A stretch of 63,150 nucleotides of DNA, the filler included, from Octopus bimaculoides (Eukaryota), in the NCBI RefSeq assembly GCF_001194135.2. It is 5 parts of 5 records of this genome, joined end to end, with 100 filler letters (N's around TTAATTAATTAA, not from the genome) between each part and the next. Parts side by side here need not be neighbours in the genome. Positions count along the whole stretch, not along the records: positions 1 to 28,380 come from NC_068990.1; 4 more parts are not named here. One strand, 5' to 3'. The first letter of the stretch is position 1; each line of letters begins with the position of its first letter. Positions 12,676-26,074 of this stretch are shown here, in pieces. Position numbers and translations under genes: made by a program. The notes below the pieces were generated by a model that was given only the letters and a program-made list of their open reading frames with translations, had not been told where the DNA came from and did not search any database.

Positions 12676-13989
12676 CATTAGAGAGGGAGTGAGTTAGAGG
12701 AGTAAGGTTCAGATAGAAAGTAGATTACTTAGTAATATTTTCCATTCTCTCCTGAGCATGCAAGTAATTCTAAGCTTTTGGCCTTCCCCTATTAACACTA
12801 CTATTATTACTACTACTACCACCACCACTGTTATTTTTATCATCAATGCCGCTGCTGCTGCCACTATCAGTATTATCCCAATCAACATCATCGTCATGAT
12901 CGTAAATGTCATCATCATCATAGTCATCTTCGTCATCATCACCATTACCATCATCATCATTATTAATATTTATGTTGCAATTTTTTCCATCATAATTTTT
13001 TATTTTCTTTATACTTATTATTTTGTATATTTATTTATTTGTTACTGTTAATGATTCTTCTTCTTCTTATTATTATTATTATTACTGTTTTTGTTGTGTT
13101 TGTTTGTTTTTTTTTTTCTTATTTTCTGATTCTTTATTTCTTTTTGGTATTTCTTATTACAATATATTCTGCAATACAGGTTACATATAATGAAAGACTT
13201 TGGCTGGAATTGTGCTTTGCTAGCAACCCTTTATTCCTACAGAGGAAATTAAATGGCTTTAGTTATTCTGTTTATCTATGCAAGCTTTTGATGCCAAGCA
13301 GGCAGCTGTCTTGAGAATTTCTAAGAATCACCCTTGCAACCATTTTAGGAGCAAATCACTTGTCCACGGCAGAATGGAACCATAATTCTTCCAGTGGGCA
13401 AGCAAATCCAAAAGGAATGGAACATAGGAACATATTTGTATGTGTGGTTATTTGTATCTATATGTAAGTGTTTGTGTATATATATGTGTGTGTGTGTGCA
13501 TGCATTTTTATGTATTTATGTACATATGAATATCCATTTCATTATGTATGTATGAGTCTGTGTATGTGTGAGTGTGTGCGTATGTATATGCATATAGTTT
13601 ATATAAATTTACACATACACACACACAAACATACATACATCTTTTCTAACAGATTTATGCAATGGATTCTTAGAAAATATATTTCCAATGTTACTTGCAA
13701 TGTAGTTTTTGATATTAATAACAAAAAGCTTATTACATATAATTAATAATACAATGACTGGACTCATATGCCATTTTAACACACATTCTTTTAAACCTTT
13801 TGATGTTATTATTTATATTCCTGTATGCTAGGTTTCTGTTTATTGTAGTGATGATAAAGTTGGTAGTAGTGGTGGTAGTAGTAGTAATAGTAGTGTTAGC
13901 AGTAGCAGTAGCAGCAAGAAAAAGTATAAGAGAATACGATATTATTATTATTATTATTTTATTATTATTATAACACAGGAAAAGACTCC

Positions 13990-16650
13990 TTGCTTCACAT
14001 CAACACACACCAGAAAACACAGAAAATGCTCTCATAACAAACAGAGATACATCAATGGCAACAACAGCTCCGCCAGCTCCACAACCATCGACACAAGCAC
14101 CATCAAAACCATCACAACTCCACCTCATCCCAAAAGAAGATATTGAGAGAGAGGCTGAAATTTGTGACACCAGCACTTTTGAGTGCCAGAAACTTCAATG
14201 TTAGTGCACATGCCACTAAAGATAAACTGAAACAGAAAGATTTTACCCCTATGAAATCGAAACCTCTAATATAAAAGGTACAAGCAGACTTTTGAAGAGG
14301 TTCCCAAAGGAACCTCATTCTGGTTCAGAAGTCAGACCACCTGCCTTCCAACTGTACAGAGAGGGTGAGTAACCCACTTTTTCCCTTTCTCTAAACTATT
14401 TCTGACCAAAATAGTAATTATTAAATTAGGTTAAATAAATCTATGTGACCAAGACGAACTCGGGTCGTCTTGGAAGCAAGGTCACTTCCTCAATGACCTC
14501 ACGTCACTAGGTTTTGGGTGTGATTGCCACCAGTGAGACCAGAGTTTCTGACATGCACACACTTACCCCAGTTTTTGACGACTTTGAGATCTACACATCT
14601 CTGTCTCAATCTGGAGTGGAAAGCATGGTAGCAGTGCCCTTTGGGAAAGGCCTGGGTCTCGAGATACAAATGATCTTCCTGGACCTGGGTGGTAAGGTGA
14701 TAGTCCTGGATGCTGATTTTATACTAGCTGTTGTGTACACTCTAACTGGGGCTGTGCAGCCGAATTTCTTCCGACATTTGGAAGTTTTTCTAGGGATGTC
14801 TCACTCCTTAATACTGGTGAGCGATTGGTATGCCATTTTGGATGCAAGCCAGGGTAGGATGGCGCTAGCTGATAGGAGAGGTGGGTGTAAAAGCCTTATA
14901 CACCTGCTCAGTCATTTCCAACTGGCTAACAGGTACCGACTGGACATGGGCAAACAGCATCAGGTCTTCCAGACTGCATCTAGAGAAAAGTAGCATAAGT
15001 TGTCCGCAATTCAAAGCTGTCAGCTATACAAACCACAAACTTGAGATCTGTATGGTTGACCTAGATAAACTACTGGAAGTTGTATGTGTCTTTCCCAGCA
15101 TATCTTTCTGAGATCAAGTTAGCAAGTTGTTCCACGAGAAGTAATTGGGGGCAGTCATGAACAACTGATGATGGATAGCTCTGAAAAAGGGCTATTAGAG
15201 TAGAGGTGTTGATGTTTAATAAAGAAATAGCATTAGAGGAATCTAGAATAGAGGGAGACTGAGCTAAGATGGTAAAAGAGGCACTTAGAAGAGCCATAGA
15301 GACTGTTGTGTTGGCAGCAGGATAGGCTCTTGATCAATTCTTCACTGCCAAGTATGATGATTGCGTTTTCAGAGCTTGTGTGCCTGTGCTAGGACACAAG
15401 GAAATGAAAACCATTTGATGGGCTCAGATAGCAGAGGGGAAGCATTTAAGCAAAGCCACAATTCAGGGTCGGGGTGAGTGCATGCTACTTCAACCCAAGC
15501 TGGTTTCAGCAGCACTTTGCTGAATTATAAGGAGCATGTCGTGAGCTGAAGATGAGGGTGGATTTCCCCTTCTACCTTGATGGCATGCCTTTCAGTCAGG
15601 GATGCAGCGTTCTGTGAAAAAAACACACAGGATGCAAGGACTGATGTCCATCAGAACTGGTAGCAGAATGGGAGAATTCCCAGTTCTGTGAGCCGTAGAG
15701 TGGTGGTACTGTTGAGGAAAGACCCGAACGGTGGGGTATGGGCAAATAGATAATTTAAGGCCTGTAACTCTGCTGACCGCAGATTTCAAAATTTTGGTCA
15801 AGGTGTTAGCCAAGAGGTTGGTGACGTGCTGACATGTGCTATCTGAAACGGATATATCCACGACAACCTCCACCTCAACTGTTACATCGTAGAAGGTAGA
15901 TAAGGAATCTGACATTGATCAATTTGATCAATCAAATGGCAGACTACCGTTACTAGGAGGCTGCCTTAGTGGTGGCCGGTTTCAGTCCCATTTTCAGAGG
16001 CTGGATCGCTGCAGTGTACAGAAACATTTGTTTGGTGGTCAAAATAAATGGTCACCTAGCGGAATTGTTTAGCATCACATGTTCAGTCCATCAAGAATGC
16101 TCCAATCTCGCCCTTTCTGTACAAGCTGGCTCTTGAACCATTACTATGAAAGCCGGATGTTTTGAGGGGCATCCTGTGTGAATACGGCTGCAGATGATTT
16201 ACGTTACCTTATGCAGACATCACCAAAATGGTATCAGATATCTTGGGAATTGTACAGATTGGCATTACCCTACGAGAGTATGAAGCAATGACAGGAGCAA
16301 AGATCAGCCAGAAGTTGGTGGACTTGCAGCTTGGTACCTGAATCAGGGTGGCCAGTTTCATCACCCAGAAGTAGGCAGAGAAAAAGCTATCTCTGAAGGT
16401 TCAGGCAGAGATGGTGAATCCGTAAACCGCTTCTGTTACTGCCTAACTGTTGTCCCTTGCCCTGCTTTATTGCTGATGAAGCTGGAACTGCTACTCTCCT
16501 GCTTTCTTGTCAGTTAGCAGGTGTGATCACTGTTTATCAGACAGGATTTTCTGCTGTTCGTTTCATTCACAGAGCTGCAGTCCTGAATCAAGCATAAATC
16601 AAGAAAGAGTGCTTGGCACTTGGAGCGTTGGAGGGGTGGAGGGGTTATGA
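13990..16650 (+). mobile_element. Decayed L1/Tx1-clade LINE (possible ORF1 remnant, APE endonuclease, RT)
   Basis: From ~14415: IKLG..LGSSWKQGHFLNDL, VIATSETR and SLILVSDWYAILD (endonuclease). LRPVTLLTADFKILVKVLAKRL at ~15755-15820, PISPFLYKLALEPLL at ~16100 and a YAD motif at ~16210. Many stops. Confidence 0.8.
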
Positions 16651-16659
16651 GTATTTTGG

Positions 16660-17055
16660 CAAAAATACTCATAACCCTAACCCCAACCCGAACCCTAAAA
16701 CCCTAAAGCTAAAACCAGTACAAACGCACAAACAATGTCATAAATAACAGTACTGCTGATAGTTGTTGTTGACAAACAACGGCACTAATTTTATTCAAGG
16801 GAAAAGATCCCATTACATCGCACAACGTGTTGTTTACATTCCACAGCAGTAATTGTTTTCACCTCAATAGACGTCAGTGATTGGTTGAAATTACCGAAAT
16901 ACGACAATTTTAACACGAAATAACTTTAAAAAGATAAAATTTTCTCAATAACACTAAGAGTAAAAGATGTTTTATATGACACATTCTACCAGTGTCCCAA
17001 GTTTGAAAATGTTTCGTTAAGAAAACAAGTGGCGCCCGCCAAATCAGAAAGATCC
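16660..17055. mobile_element. One-armed relative of the TTAGGG-core MITE at 37262-37910
   Basis: Degenerate CCCTAA repeats at 16672-16705. 16865-17030 matches the reverse complement of 37290-37460 (tagacgtcagtgattggttgaaatt...ccagtgtcccaagttt). Ends in ...agatcc. Confidence 0.7.
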
Positions 17056-18549
17056 TCTCGCTGTTATTTTTAAAGTTCGTTTCTGGTATCATTTCCACAA
17101 GTGAGCATGCAACATATATTATATTATAGTACGCAGGATTCCATAGTAAAACCAAGGGAGAGTTTATACGACACCGTTAAAGTAACAACAGTAGGAAAAG
17201 CGGTGACATTCGCACTTTTAATTGCTCATATAGTACCCGTAAAAGGGGTTATATAAGCGAAGACACTCCAAAATCAAGGCAGAGGTGGCAAAGGACCCGA
17301 GGCGGGCAGCACGAGAGTGCATGCAGCAAAGGTTCGAGAAGGTTCAGAAAAACACCGGATTTTTGATCCCTACACGACCTTCGTTTAAAAGAATTACTTT
17401 GTCCTCAATGCACTTCTCCAAACAATAATCCCAAACATAATGTTTTCACCCCTCGCCACGGAAAATCAAACACATACCAACCAGAGGTACACTTCAGATG
17501 CACAGACAACGAGCCCATTAAACATACAAGTTTCCTTCATGGCTACTCAGAAATCTTCGACTACGATGGAGAGAGCCTTATTCCCTCCTCTCATGCGAAG
17601 CTAGTCATTTCTGCTATTCATTTCACTCACTTCTAGAACACCACTATACTCTAATGACAAGGACCAATGTAAAAATGTAAATATTATGATATACTCCCGT
17701 AGAATTAATTTTATTTGATCACCATTGGATTTGGTTTATCTATGGGTCAACACGCAGTCTATCAACATACCAATATATCGAGACCAAAAGCCACATATGT
17801 ATTTTTAGCATCTTTCACCCTGCTGTTATAGTGTTTATTTTGTAGTATAGATTTGGATGGTAGCCACTTTGAAAGTGGCTATCTGAAATTGCAATGCATA
17901 TAAATATAATTTTAAAAATTTGTGAAACCAACCTCTTTTTCTTTGTTATATACCTTTGAATATGAAGTGTATCCCTTCCTTAACCAATTAAAGTTACCAG
18001 CAGAAACTATTAACTACCAGTTATATATTATAATTGCACATTTAACTTTTAAGTTATGTCATTTTTCTGATGCGTTTAATTTTCCTTTGAATTTTTTGTT
18101 TGTTTAATTGTACTCATTCGCTAAGTAAATTTAGGCCATAACTTCAGAAATGTGCACCACTGAATTTTTTTCCTCATAACTTTCTGAAAAAAAAGGATAT
18201 TAATGAAAGTTCCTACGAATACATTTCAGATTGTGTAGATTACAGTTATCTCGGAATTTGTGGTGAAAGACTTTTGGGAGAGGTGTTTCAGATAATTCAC
18301 ACGCCTCTATTTTGTTTCCTTATAGCTTTCAGAAAAATCGGTATTTTTAAATGAAATTTTATGCAAATGATTAACAATTAGTAAATATTACGATTATACA
18401 GAAACTTAATCTTGTAAAAAATGATTGGTGGCATCTATTTTGTGTACTAGTAGTGTTCATGATTTAATTACAATTATGTTAAAAACAACAACAAAAATTT
18501 TGAAACTCGTGTGATCTCTGTTATTTCTAACATACAAACAACTGTATAG

Positions 18550-18683
18550 GGACTAGACCACCTTGAAGTTTGGCTAAAAGAGAAAGTCTAAGATATCGAG
18601 ATAATAATGAAAGAAATATTTTCAACAATTACTGCAGGCAATGTACTCCCTTTTCTACAAAATTTCTTTCAGTAACTTTTCAG
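18550..18683 (+). other. Candidate exon (non-coding or start-containing)
   Basis: Branch-like ttctaac and tatag acceptor, with a consensus CAG|GTAAGT donor at 18683/18684. All three frames have early stops. Confidence 0.25.
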
Positions 18684-18899
18684 GTAAGTAATTTCAAAAG
18701 GTAATTTTGTTTTCAGCATGATTGCAATGATTAAGTCAACCTCAATGGGATTTGAACTCAGAATATAAAGACCTGGCATGCTAACAATTCTGTCAGCTCA
18801 CCACTTTAACCTATACCAAATTGTATTGATGATAATTTTTCCCTGCCCCATTTTCTCTTTTTAATATTGTTAAGACAGCATAAAGTTTACATGTATATA

Positions 18900-19299
18900 G
18901 GCACAGGAGTGGCTGTGTGGTAATAGCTTGCTTACCAACCACATGGTTGCAGGTTCAGTCCCACTGCATGGCACCTTGAGCAAGTGTCTTCTAATGTAGT
19001 TTTGGGCTGACCAAAGCCTTGTGAATGGACTTGAGAGATAGAAACTGAAAGAAGCCCATCATATATATATGTGTTTGTGTATATGTCTGTGTATCTGTGT
19101 CTGTCCCCCCACCATTGCTTGACAACCAATGCTGGTGTGTTTACGTCCCCTTAACTTAGCGGTTCAGCAAAAGAGACTGATAGACTAAGTACTAGGCTTA
19201 CAAAGAATAAAGTCCTGGGGTCAATTTATACAACTAAAGACGGTGTTCCAGCATGGCTGCAGTCAAATGACAGAAGCAAATGAAAGAATAAAAGAATAA
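18900..19299 (+). mobile_element. SINE family B (tRNA-derived), full length
   Basis: Head ggcacaggagtggctgtgtggtaa (box A) and ggttcagtccc (box B), internal (TA/TG)n, tail aaagaataaaagaataa. Confidence 0.9.
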
Positions 19300-20334
19300 G
19301 TTTTCTGGCTTTACCATGGTGTTGGAGAAGATCTAAGACTTATAAAACAGTAATATTGTTAAATATGACAAAGTGTTCCTCACCTTATCAATTCTCACAA
19401 ACTAGGGCCTAGCTATGAAAAACACATCCATGAGAAACATAGATGTAAAACTAATTGTGCAGAAAGTGTACTATGTAAGTTTTGTCTGTGAATTAAAAAT
19501 GTTTTGCAGAAGATGTTGGTTAAACCCATATATTACTTAAGGGTAATAATGTTGTGTATTAAGTGAACTGTACATAAATCAGGGACTGGACATGTGTTAA
19601 TCCAGAATACCCCAATCATACCTGTACATGAACAAAGAATATATCTTGAAGCTACACTCTTTGAATGTTATTTGCCTGATGAAAACAAAACAGCTTTTTT
19701 AAAAGTTGTTTTACTCCTACTTCATGGTTGAGTTGTTGAAAGAGTATCCAACTGATGTGAAAATAAAAATAAATAAATAAAGAGCAATGCAAAACTAAAA
19801 AAATTCGGAAAAATTGTTTCTAACAGGGAAGAAGAAAATTCTTCAAATCTTAGCATGGAAAGCAGATTGGAAGCAGTATAAGATGGAAAGAAATAGGTGG
19901 AAAAAAAAAAAACCCACAAAAATATATAAATGAACAAACAAACAAATCTACAAAACCAAAAACATTTCAAAATCTCTTGAAGAAAATCGCTGCACCAAAT
20001 AATCATTGTAGAGAAATCCATATTGTACAACTTGAAACCAGAAAGAATTTTGGGTAAAATATAATGGTAAAATACTTGGCTAAAAAGGATGTACAGGAAA
20101 ATCTGTGAAATTCACTGATTTGATACGTATCTAAATGATTTATTTCTTTGGATAAGAAAATGTCATTTATCTTGGTGAAATTGACACTTTTTCTATCATT
20201 CTGAATACACTGTCTCTCTTCTTCTTCAAACTCACTTTCACTTTCACTTTCATGCCCAACACACACTCTCTACTTATATCCCATCTATCAATTCAAACTC
20301 TCACACACATAGTTATACATATATATCTATATGC

Positions 20335-20378
<44 letters not shown>

Positions 20379-21020
20379 GTGTATATATACATATACATAT
20401 ATATATATATATATGTATGTATGTATGTGTATATATACATATACATATATATATATATATATGTATGTATGTATGTGTANNNNNNNNNNNNNNNNNNNNN
20501 NNNNNNNNNNNNNNNNNNNNNNNNNNNNNNNNNNNNNNNNNNNNNNNNNNNNNNNNNNNNNNNNNNNNNNNNNNNNNNNNNNNNNNNNNNNNNNNNNNNN
20601 NNNNNNNNNNNNNNNNNNNNNNNNNNNNNNNNNNNNNNNNNNNNNNNNNNNNNNNNNNNNNNNNNNNNNNNNNNNNNNNNNNNNNNNNNNNNNNNNNNNN
20701 NNNNNNNNNNNNNNNNNNNNNNNNNNNNNNNNNNNNNNNNNNNNNNNNNNNNNNNNNNNNNNNNNNNNNNNNNNNNNNNNNNNNNNNNNNNNNNNNNNNN
20801 NNNNNNNNNNNNNNNNNNNNNNNNNNNNNNNNNNNNNNNNNNNNNNNNNNNNNNNNNNNNNNNNNNNNNNNNNNNNNNNNNNNNNNNNNNNNNNNNNNNN
20901 NNNNNNNNNNNNNNNNNNNNNNNNNNNNNNNNNNNNNNNNNNNNNNNNNNNNNNNNNNNNNNNNNNNNNNNNNNNNNNNNNNNNNNNNNNNNNNNNNNNN
21001 NNTGAAGAGCCATGAATCAT

Positions 21021-21059
<39 letters not shown>

Positions 21060-21065
21060 ATGCAA

Positions 21066-21325
21066 ACGTGCTAATAGAAAAATTGGTCTTAAGTGGAATT
21101 AGAAGAAATGTGCAAGAGAGGAGACAGTGCTACTATGGACAAATAATACATATTGAAGAGTACAGCTGCATTAAGATGTGCCAATCACAAAATGAGGATG
21201 GAATCTGAAGAAGATGGAAACATGAGATGAAGTAGTGAACACTGACCTCAGGATGTTGAGTCTTGTGAATGAGATGACTAAAATGATAAGCAATTCTCTG
21301 TGCTTCACAAGACCTAAAGGAGATC
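21066..21325 (+). mobile_element. Decayed RTE LINE ORF C-terminus
   Basis: EKLVLSGIRRNVQERRQCYYGQIIHIEEYSCIKMC aligns with the RTE copy at 24833-25145. Confidence 0.65.
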
Positions 21326-22189
21326 CTAAAAGCAAATTTTTCATATTTTATGCCCTATACTCCAATCTGCCCTCATCATACCTTCCCAACATCTCATTCC
21401 TCCATCACTTTTCTAATTGCAGCATTATTCCCTCAGTTGTTTTAAGTATATAAGAGAAGAACTGCACATAGCCCTTTTGCATCCTTCACCTTAGACCCAC
21501 ATTTGTTCATCATGCATCCCTCATTCTCAATATCATTCCTTCCCACTGAACACCTTTTTCCGAGAGCTTCGTATTACGACCTCCATACCTCTTTCTTAAC
21601 ACTGCGTACCCTCTCGTATATCATTCTCAACATTCACTTGTGTCTTCCATCAAGGCATCCCAGTTTCTTCATCACTTACTATATATATATATAAATATAT
21701 CAACCCCTACATACCTCTAACCTTCAATTTCATCACTATACATCCATCTTCACCCATCAGATTTCAGATCATCTAATTTCACATATCCCTATTTTATTAT
21801 ATTTTCTGTTCTTTACACTCATGTTTTAGGACTTCCAACTCTTCCTCCCTGGCATATTCCTATTTCCTCCACCTTCCCATCAAACAAATATTCACCATTG
21901 ACCATATTTTCAAAATTCTTCACCATTCACAACATTCACCTTTATCCCCATTCACTCAAACTGTGTCTTACTATCCTTCCATACCCTTTCAAACTTACTC
22001 ACCTACCCATCTCAAATCTTTGTCCTTATTCATTTTTATATTCATGTTTTTATACTTTGAGAGTGTATGACACTTCATTGCTACCATTTTTTTCACTCTT
22101 TCCAACTGTGATAGCCATGTATCTCCCCTATGGCAGGACACCTATTTCAGTCTCTCTGTTGTACTTTAACCTTTCAACATCTAACATGC

Positions 22190-22410
22190 AGCTAACTCCC
22201 TCTCTGTTATGCACTCCACTCGGTCAAGAGGCTTGTCTTGGTTACATGTTGACTTCAGTACTACAGGTGCTATTATAAAAGTACCCAGTATAGTCTGTAA
22301 AATTAAGAAAATGCAACCAGTCCTAAAAATTATGGTAAAGTAGACGTTCGAGTCTGGTGCTATTCTCTAATTTGTCCGATCCCATCAATAGATGCAACCC
22401 ATGCCATACA
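22190..22410 (+). mobile_element. Degenerate RTE 3'UTR-type repeat (family D)
   Basis: Aligns loosely to 26180-26300 (caggtgc...aaaag...ccag...ctgtaaa) and ends in aacccatgcc. Confidence 0.5.
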
Positions 22411-22902
22411 TACATACATATGTACATACATACATATGTACATACATGCATATGTACACATGTACATACACATATATACATGTATATGTATACAATTATA
22501 TATAGATACATACATATATATAAATTCTAACATATAATACACACATACATGCTTACATAGGAAAGCAATTGCATATACACATGGTGTTTTTAAATGCAAC
22601 TATGTTAGATAATAAAAACAAGTAAACAATTAAACAAATGTAGAAACACACCTCATACATACAGACATTTTAGTGCAGGTAATATATAATTGCAGTTATA
22701 TTTGTACACATTTCTATGTGCATTTTATGTGAATATATATATATATATATATATATATACATTTGTATATATACATATATATGTATGTATATATAAATAC
22801 AAGAGCTTATATGCATATATATAAACATTCAAGCATATATACACATACACCTAAGCATGCACATATAAGCACAAATATTTATACATATGAAACATATGTT
22901 AG

Positions 22903-22939
22903 ACTGTTCCTTATTCTCATTGCAACAACCGCTTCACTC
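22903..22939 (+). CDS. Candidate micro-exon encoding a hydrophobic signal-peptide-like stretch (LFLILIATTASL)
   Basis: ttag|A CTG TTC...TCA CTC|gttagt. Its phase-0 end fits the exon at 23497. The acceptor is weak. Confidence 0.2.
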
Positions 22940-23496
22940 GTTAGTCTTTTGTGAAGAATATAAATAAAATAAGTTGTTTGATTGAGGAATTGCATAAAAG
23001 AGATTCTCAGGAAATCAGTCAAAGAAGTAACAAAAGATTATAGAATCTAATGCTTAAAATGTCTTAAATACTTGAAAATCTTTTGGAATCGTTTTGGGAG
23101 TAAGCTAAGAGGAACAGCAGAAAGAGTATTGTTTGGGAAAAATTGAAGGGAGGGTGGGGTAGACTTCAGGAGTGAAGAGATGCAGAAAGAACTGGAGAAG
23201 TGGGTGGGTCTGAAGACTGGAGATGAGAGGAATCTTGGAAAATAAGTGGTGTTCTTTAAAAGTTTGCTTTAATTATGTTCTTCCATAACTTTATTTTGCT
23301 ATATATGTGTTGTATTTATATACATTTTATGCATCTACACACACACATGCATGCACACACGCATGTGCAGGCACACACGCATGCAAGCTCACTCACATAT
23401 ATACCACACACAAACACACGCACACATACTCACAAGAAGAAGACACGTATGCATGTGTGTATGTATGTTATTTTTCTTTCTTTAATTCTTTGAAAG

Positions 23497-23635
23497 CTTC
23501 CAATAAAGAAGGGGCTGGTTTCCAACAAAGACATAAATTCCCATTGCTGGAATTTTGATAACAAGAATGGCGATGAATTGCATGTTGAATTTAAGGAAAG
23601 TTGTGCATATTATTTTCAATGTTTTGTCAATACAT
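23497..23635 (+). CDS. Candidate internal coding exon, unknown protein (LPIKKGLVSNKDINSHCWNFDNKNGDELHVEFKESCAYYFQCFVNT)
   Basis: Polypyrimidine tract + gaaag acceptor, 46 open codons + 1 nt, GTAAGC donor. Complex sequence between microsatellites. Confidence 0.4.
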
Positions 23636-23660
23636 GTAAGCACACATAATATACATGCAC

Positions 23661-23691
<31 letters not shown>

Positions 23692-23904
23692 AGTATGTAT
23701 ATGCATATGTGTGTGTATGTATATATATATATATACCAACAATATTTCCTGCTTAAATGTAAAGTCATGCAAAGCATGACTATGATATCTCTATCTCACT
23801 CTATATATATATATCTATCTATCCATCTTCTGTCCTTGTGTCTATCTACCTATTATCTATCCATTTCTATATATTTCTATGTGTATATGCATTTATATAT
23901 ACAT

Positions 23905-24291
23905 GTGCAGGAGTGACTGTGTGGTAAGAAGTTTGCTTCCCAAACATATGGTCTCAGGTTCAGTCTCATGGCAACTTACGCAAGCGTCCCCTACCTTGGG
24001 CTGATCAAAGCATTGTGAGTGGATTTGGTAGATGGAAACTGAAAAAAATCCCATCATATATATATATATAAAGAAGCCCATTGTACATATATATATGTTT
24101 GTGTGACTGTGTTTGTCCCCCCACCATCACTTGACAACCGATGTTGGTGTGTTTACAACCCCATAAATTAGTGGTTCAGAAAAAGAGATGGATAGAATAA
24201 GTACTTGGCTTACAAAGGATAAGTCCTGGTGACAATTTGTTTGACGAAAGGCAGTGCTCAAGCATGGCCACAGTCACATGACTGAAACAAG
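23905..24291 (+). mobile_element. SINE family B
   Basis: Co-linear with the copy at 18900-19299. Confidence 0.9.
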
Positions 24292-24317
24292 CACACACAC
24301 ACACATATATATATAAT

Positions 24318-24470
24318 CATCATTTCTGCTTAACGTCTGCTTGCCATGCTGGCATGGGTTGGATGGTTTGACTGAGAACTGGCAAGCTGGGAGGCTGCAC
24401 CTGGTTCCAATCTGATTTGATAAGGTTTCTACAGCTGGATACCCTTCCTAACATTAACCACTCTGAGAGT
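24318..24470 (-). mobile_element. RTE 3'UTR-type repeat (family D)
   Basis: Reverse complement of taggaagggcatccagctgtagaaac...aacccatgccagcatgg...gttaa...atgatg. Confidence 0.8.
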
Positions 24471-24510
24471 GTAATATATACACGCATGCACATACACACA
24501 CATACATATT

Positions 24511-24559
<49 letters not shown>

Positions 24560-24832
24560 AGAGATTCAAATAACAAGTCGAATTTTAATAAGCTGCACTT
24601 TTTATGAGTCAGTATGTAAGAAGATACATACACTTTATATATTCTCAACAATACATTGTTTTGATATTTTGATACTGCATCCTCTGGCTTGAGTGCACAA
24701 ATTTAGCCCTAGTATATATGCATGTATACACACATATTTCTGTAGATTGTTGTATATATATCTATATATTATACACATATAAATCCTTATGCATATGTAT
24801 ATTTACATATAGATATATATACATATATCATT

Positions 24833-25372
24833 ATGGCATGCAATGTCGGTGTGCATGTATGGCAGAGTATAAGCGTCTTGAGAGAAAAATTGTGCAAAGA
24901 GTCATCAGAAGAGAGACATCTGTGGTGGTATCGTCATGTGATGCACATGGATGAAGACAACTGCATAAAGTGCTAGTTTCTAACTTTGGAGGGATCCTGT
25001 AGAAGTGTTAGACCCAAGAAGACATGGGATGAGGTGGTGAAGCATGATATCTGAATGTGGGGCCTCATTGAGGTGATGAGAAGTGATCATGACCTTTGGC
25101 AATTTGCTATGTTTGAGAAGACTCGTCAATCCAACTGAAATCGTAGTTGGGGCTTGTGCAGATGACACATTACAGCATCCCTGCCAGTGTCATATAAAAG
25201 CACCAGTAATGGTTGCATGTAGCAGGCACCCACTACACACTTGGAGTTGTTGCATTCATTAGGAAGGGCATCAAGCCAGATTCAGACTGGAACTTGGTGT
25301 AGCTCTCTGGCTTACCAGTTCCAGTCAAGCTTTCTAACCCATACCAGCATGGAAAGTTGATGATGATGATGA
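24833..25372 (+). mobile_element. 5'-truncated RTE LINE: ORF C-terminus, 3'UTR and (GAT)n tail
   Basis: LREK...RHLWWYRHVMHMDEDNCIKC...RPKKTWDEVVKHDI...LWQFAMFEKTRQ, then the family D 3'UTR and gatgatgat. This identifies family D as the RTE tail. Confidence 0.8.
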
Positions 25373-25774
25373 TGGTGATAATGATGACGGTTGGATGAAC
25401 TGAATGGATAGATGACGGGGCTTAAAGGTAGAATGCTGCTAATATGATACCAGGTTGTTTATGAGGAACATGTATGCAATTATTCAATCATAGACTAAGT
25501 AATATTTGCAACTTGGTCATCTTATGAGATGAGAGTGTAAATGAGATTTTATGCAAACACAAATGTTATAGAGACAAAGTGTGTAGTTAAATGCGTATAG
25601 GAGAGCAATTATCTCAGGAGACAATCAGAATAAACTACACGCATACATATATATTTGTATATATTTTCGTGTGTGTGTGTGTATGCACACACAGATATAT
25701 ATTCAAACACCACAGAGCAATGAATACATATATATCCTTGCATATTCATACACATACTCAGATATAACTTCGTG

Positions 25775-26062
25775 TTATATCTACCCCGAAAGGATGAAAG
25801 GCAGAGTCGACCTCAGTGGAATAATGTTTCTTATTTCTTTACTGCACAATGGGCTACCCACAGAGGGAACAAACAAGGACAGACAAAGGGATTAAATCGA
25901 TTATATCGACGCCAGTGTGTTACTGGTACTTCTTTAATCAACCCCGAAAGGATGAAAGGCAAAGTCAACCTCGGCGGAATTTGACTCAGAATGTAGTGGC
26001 AAACAAGATACTGCTAAGCATTTCGCCCAGCATGCTAAGTTTTCTGTCAGCTCACCACCTTA
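25775..26062 (-). mobile_element. SINE family A (one near-full copy plus a partial duplicate)
   Basis: ccccgaaaggatgaaaggc..gtc.acctc occurs twice; head ends ...cagctcaccacctta. Confidence 0.8.
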
Positions 26063-26074
26063 TATACTCTGTTA

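Noticed and set aside
13181-13314. Acceptor-like atacag followed by VTYNERLWLELCF...
   Set aside because: No donor or homology; could be a repeat fragment.
19300-20250. Possible decayed LINE RT (FAEDVG-like motif)
   Set aside because: Too degraded to assign; a single weak motif.
22267-22339. Apparent exon giving MQPVLKIMVK upstream of the signal-like micro-exon
   Set aside because: It lies inside a degenerate RTE-tail repeat and needs a weak GTAGAC donor.
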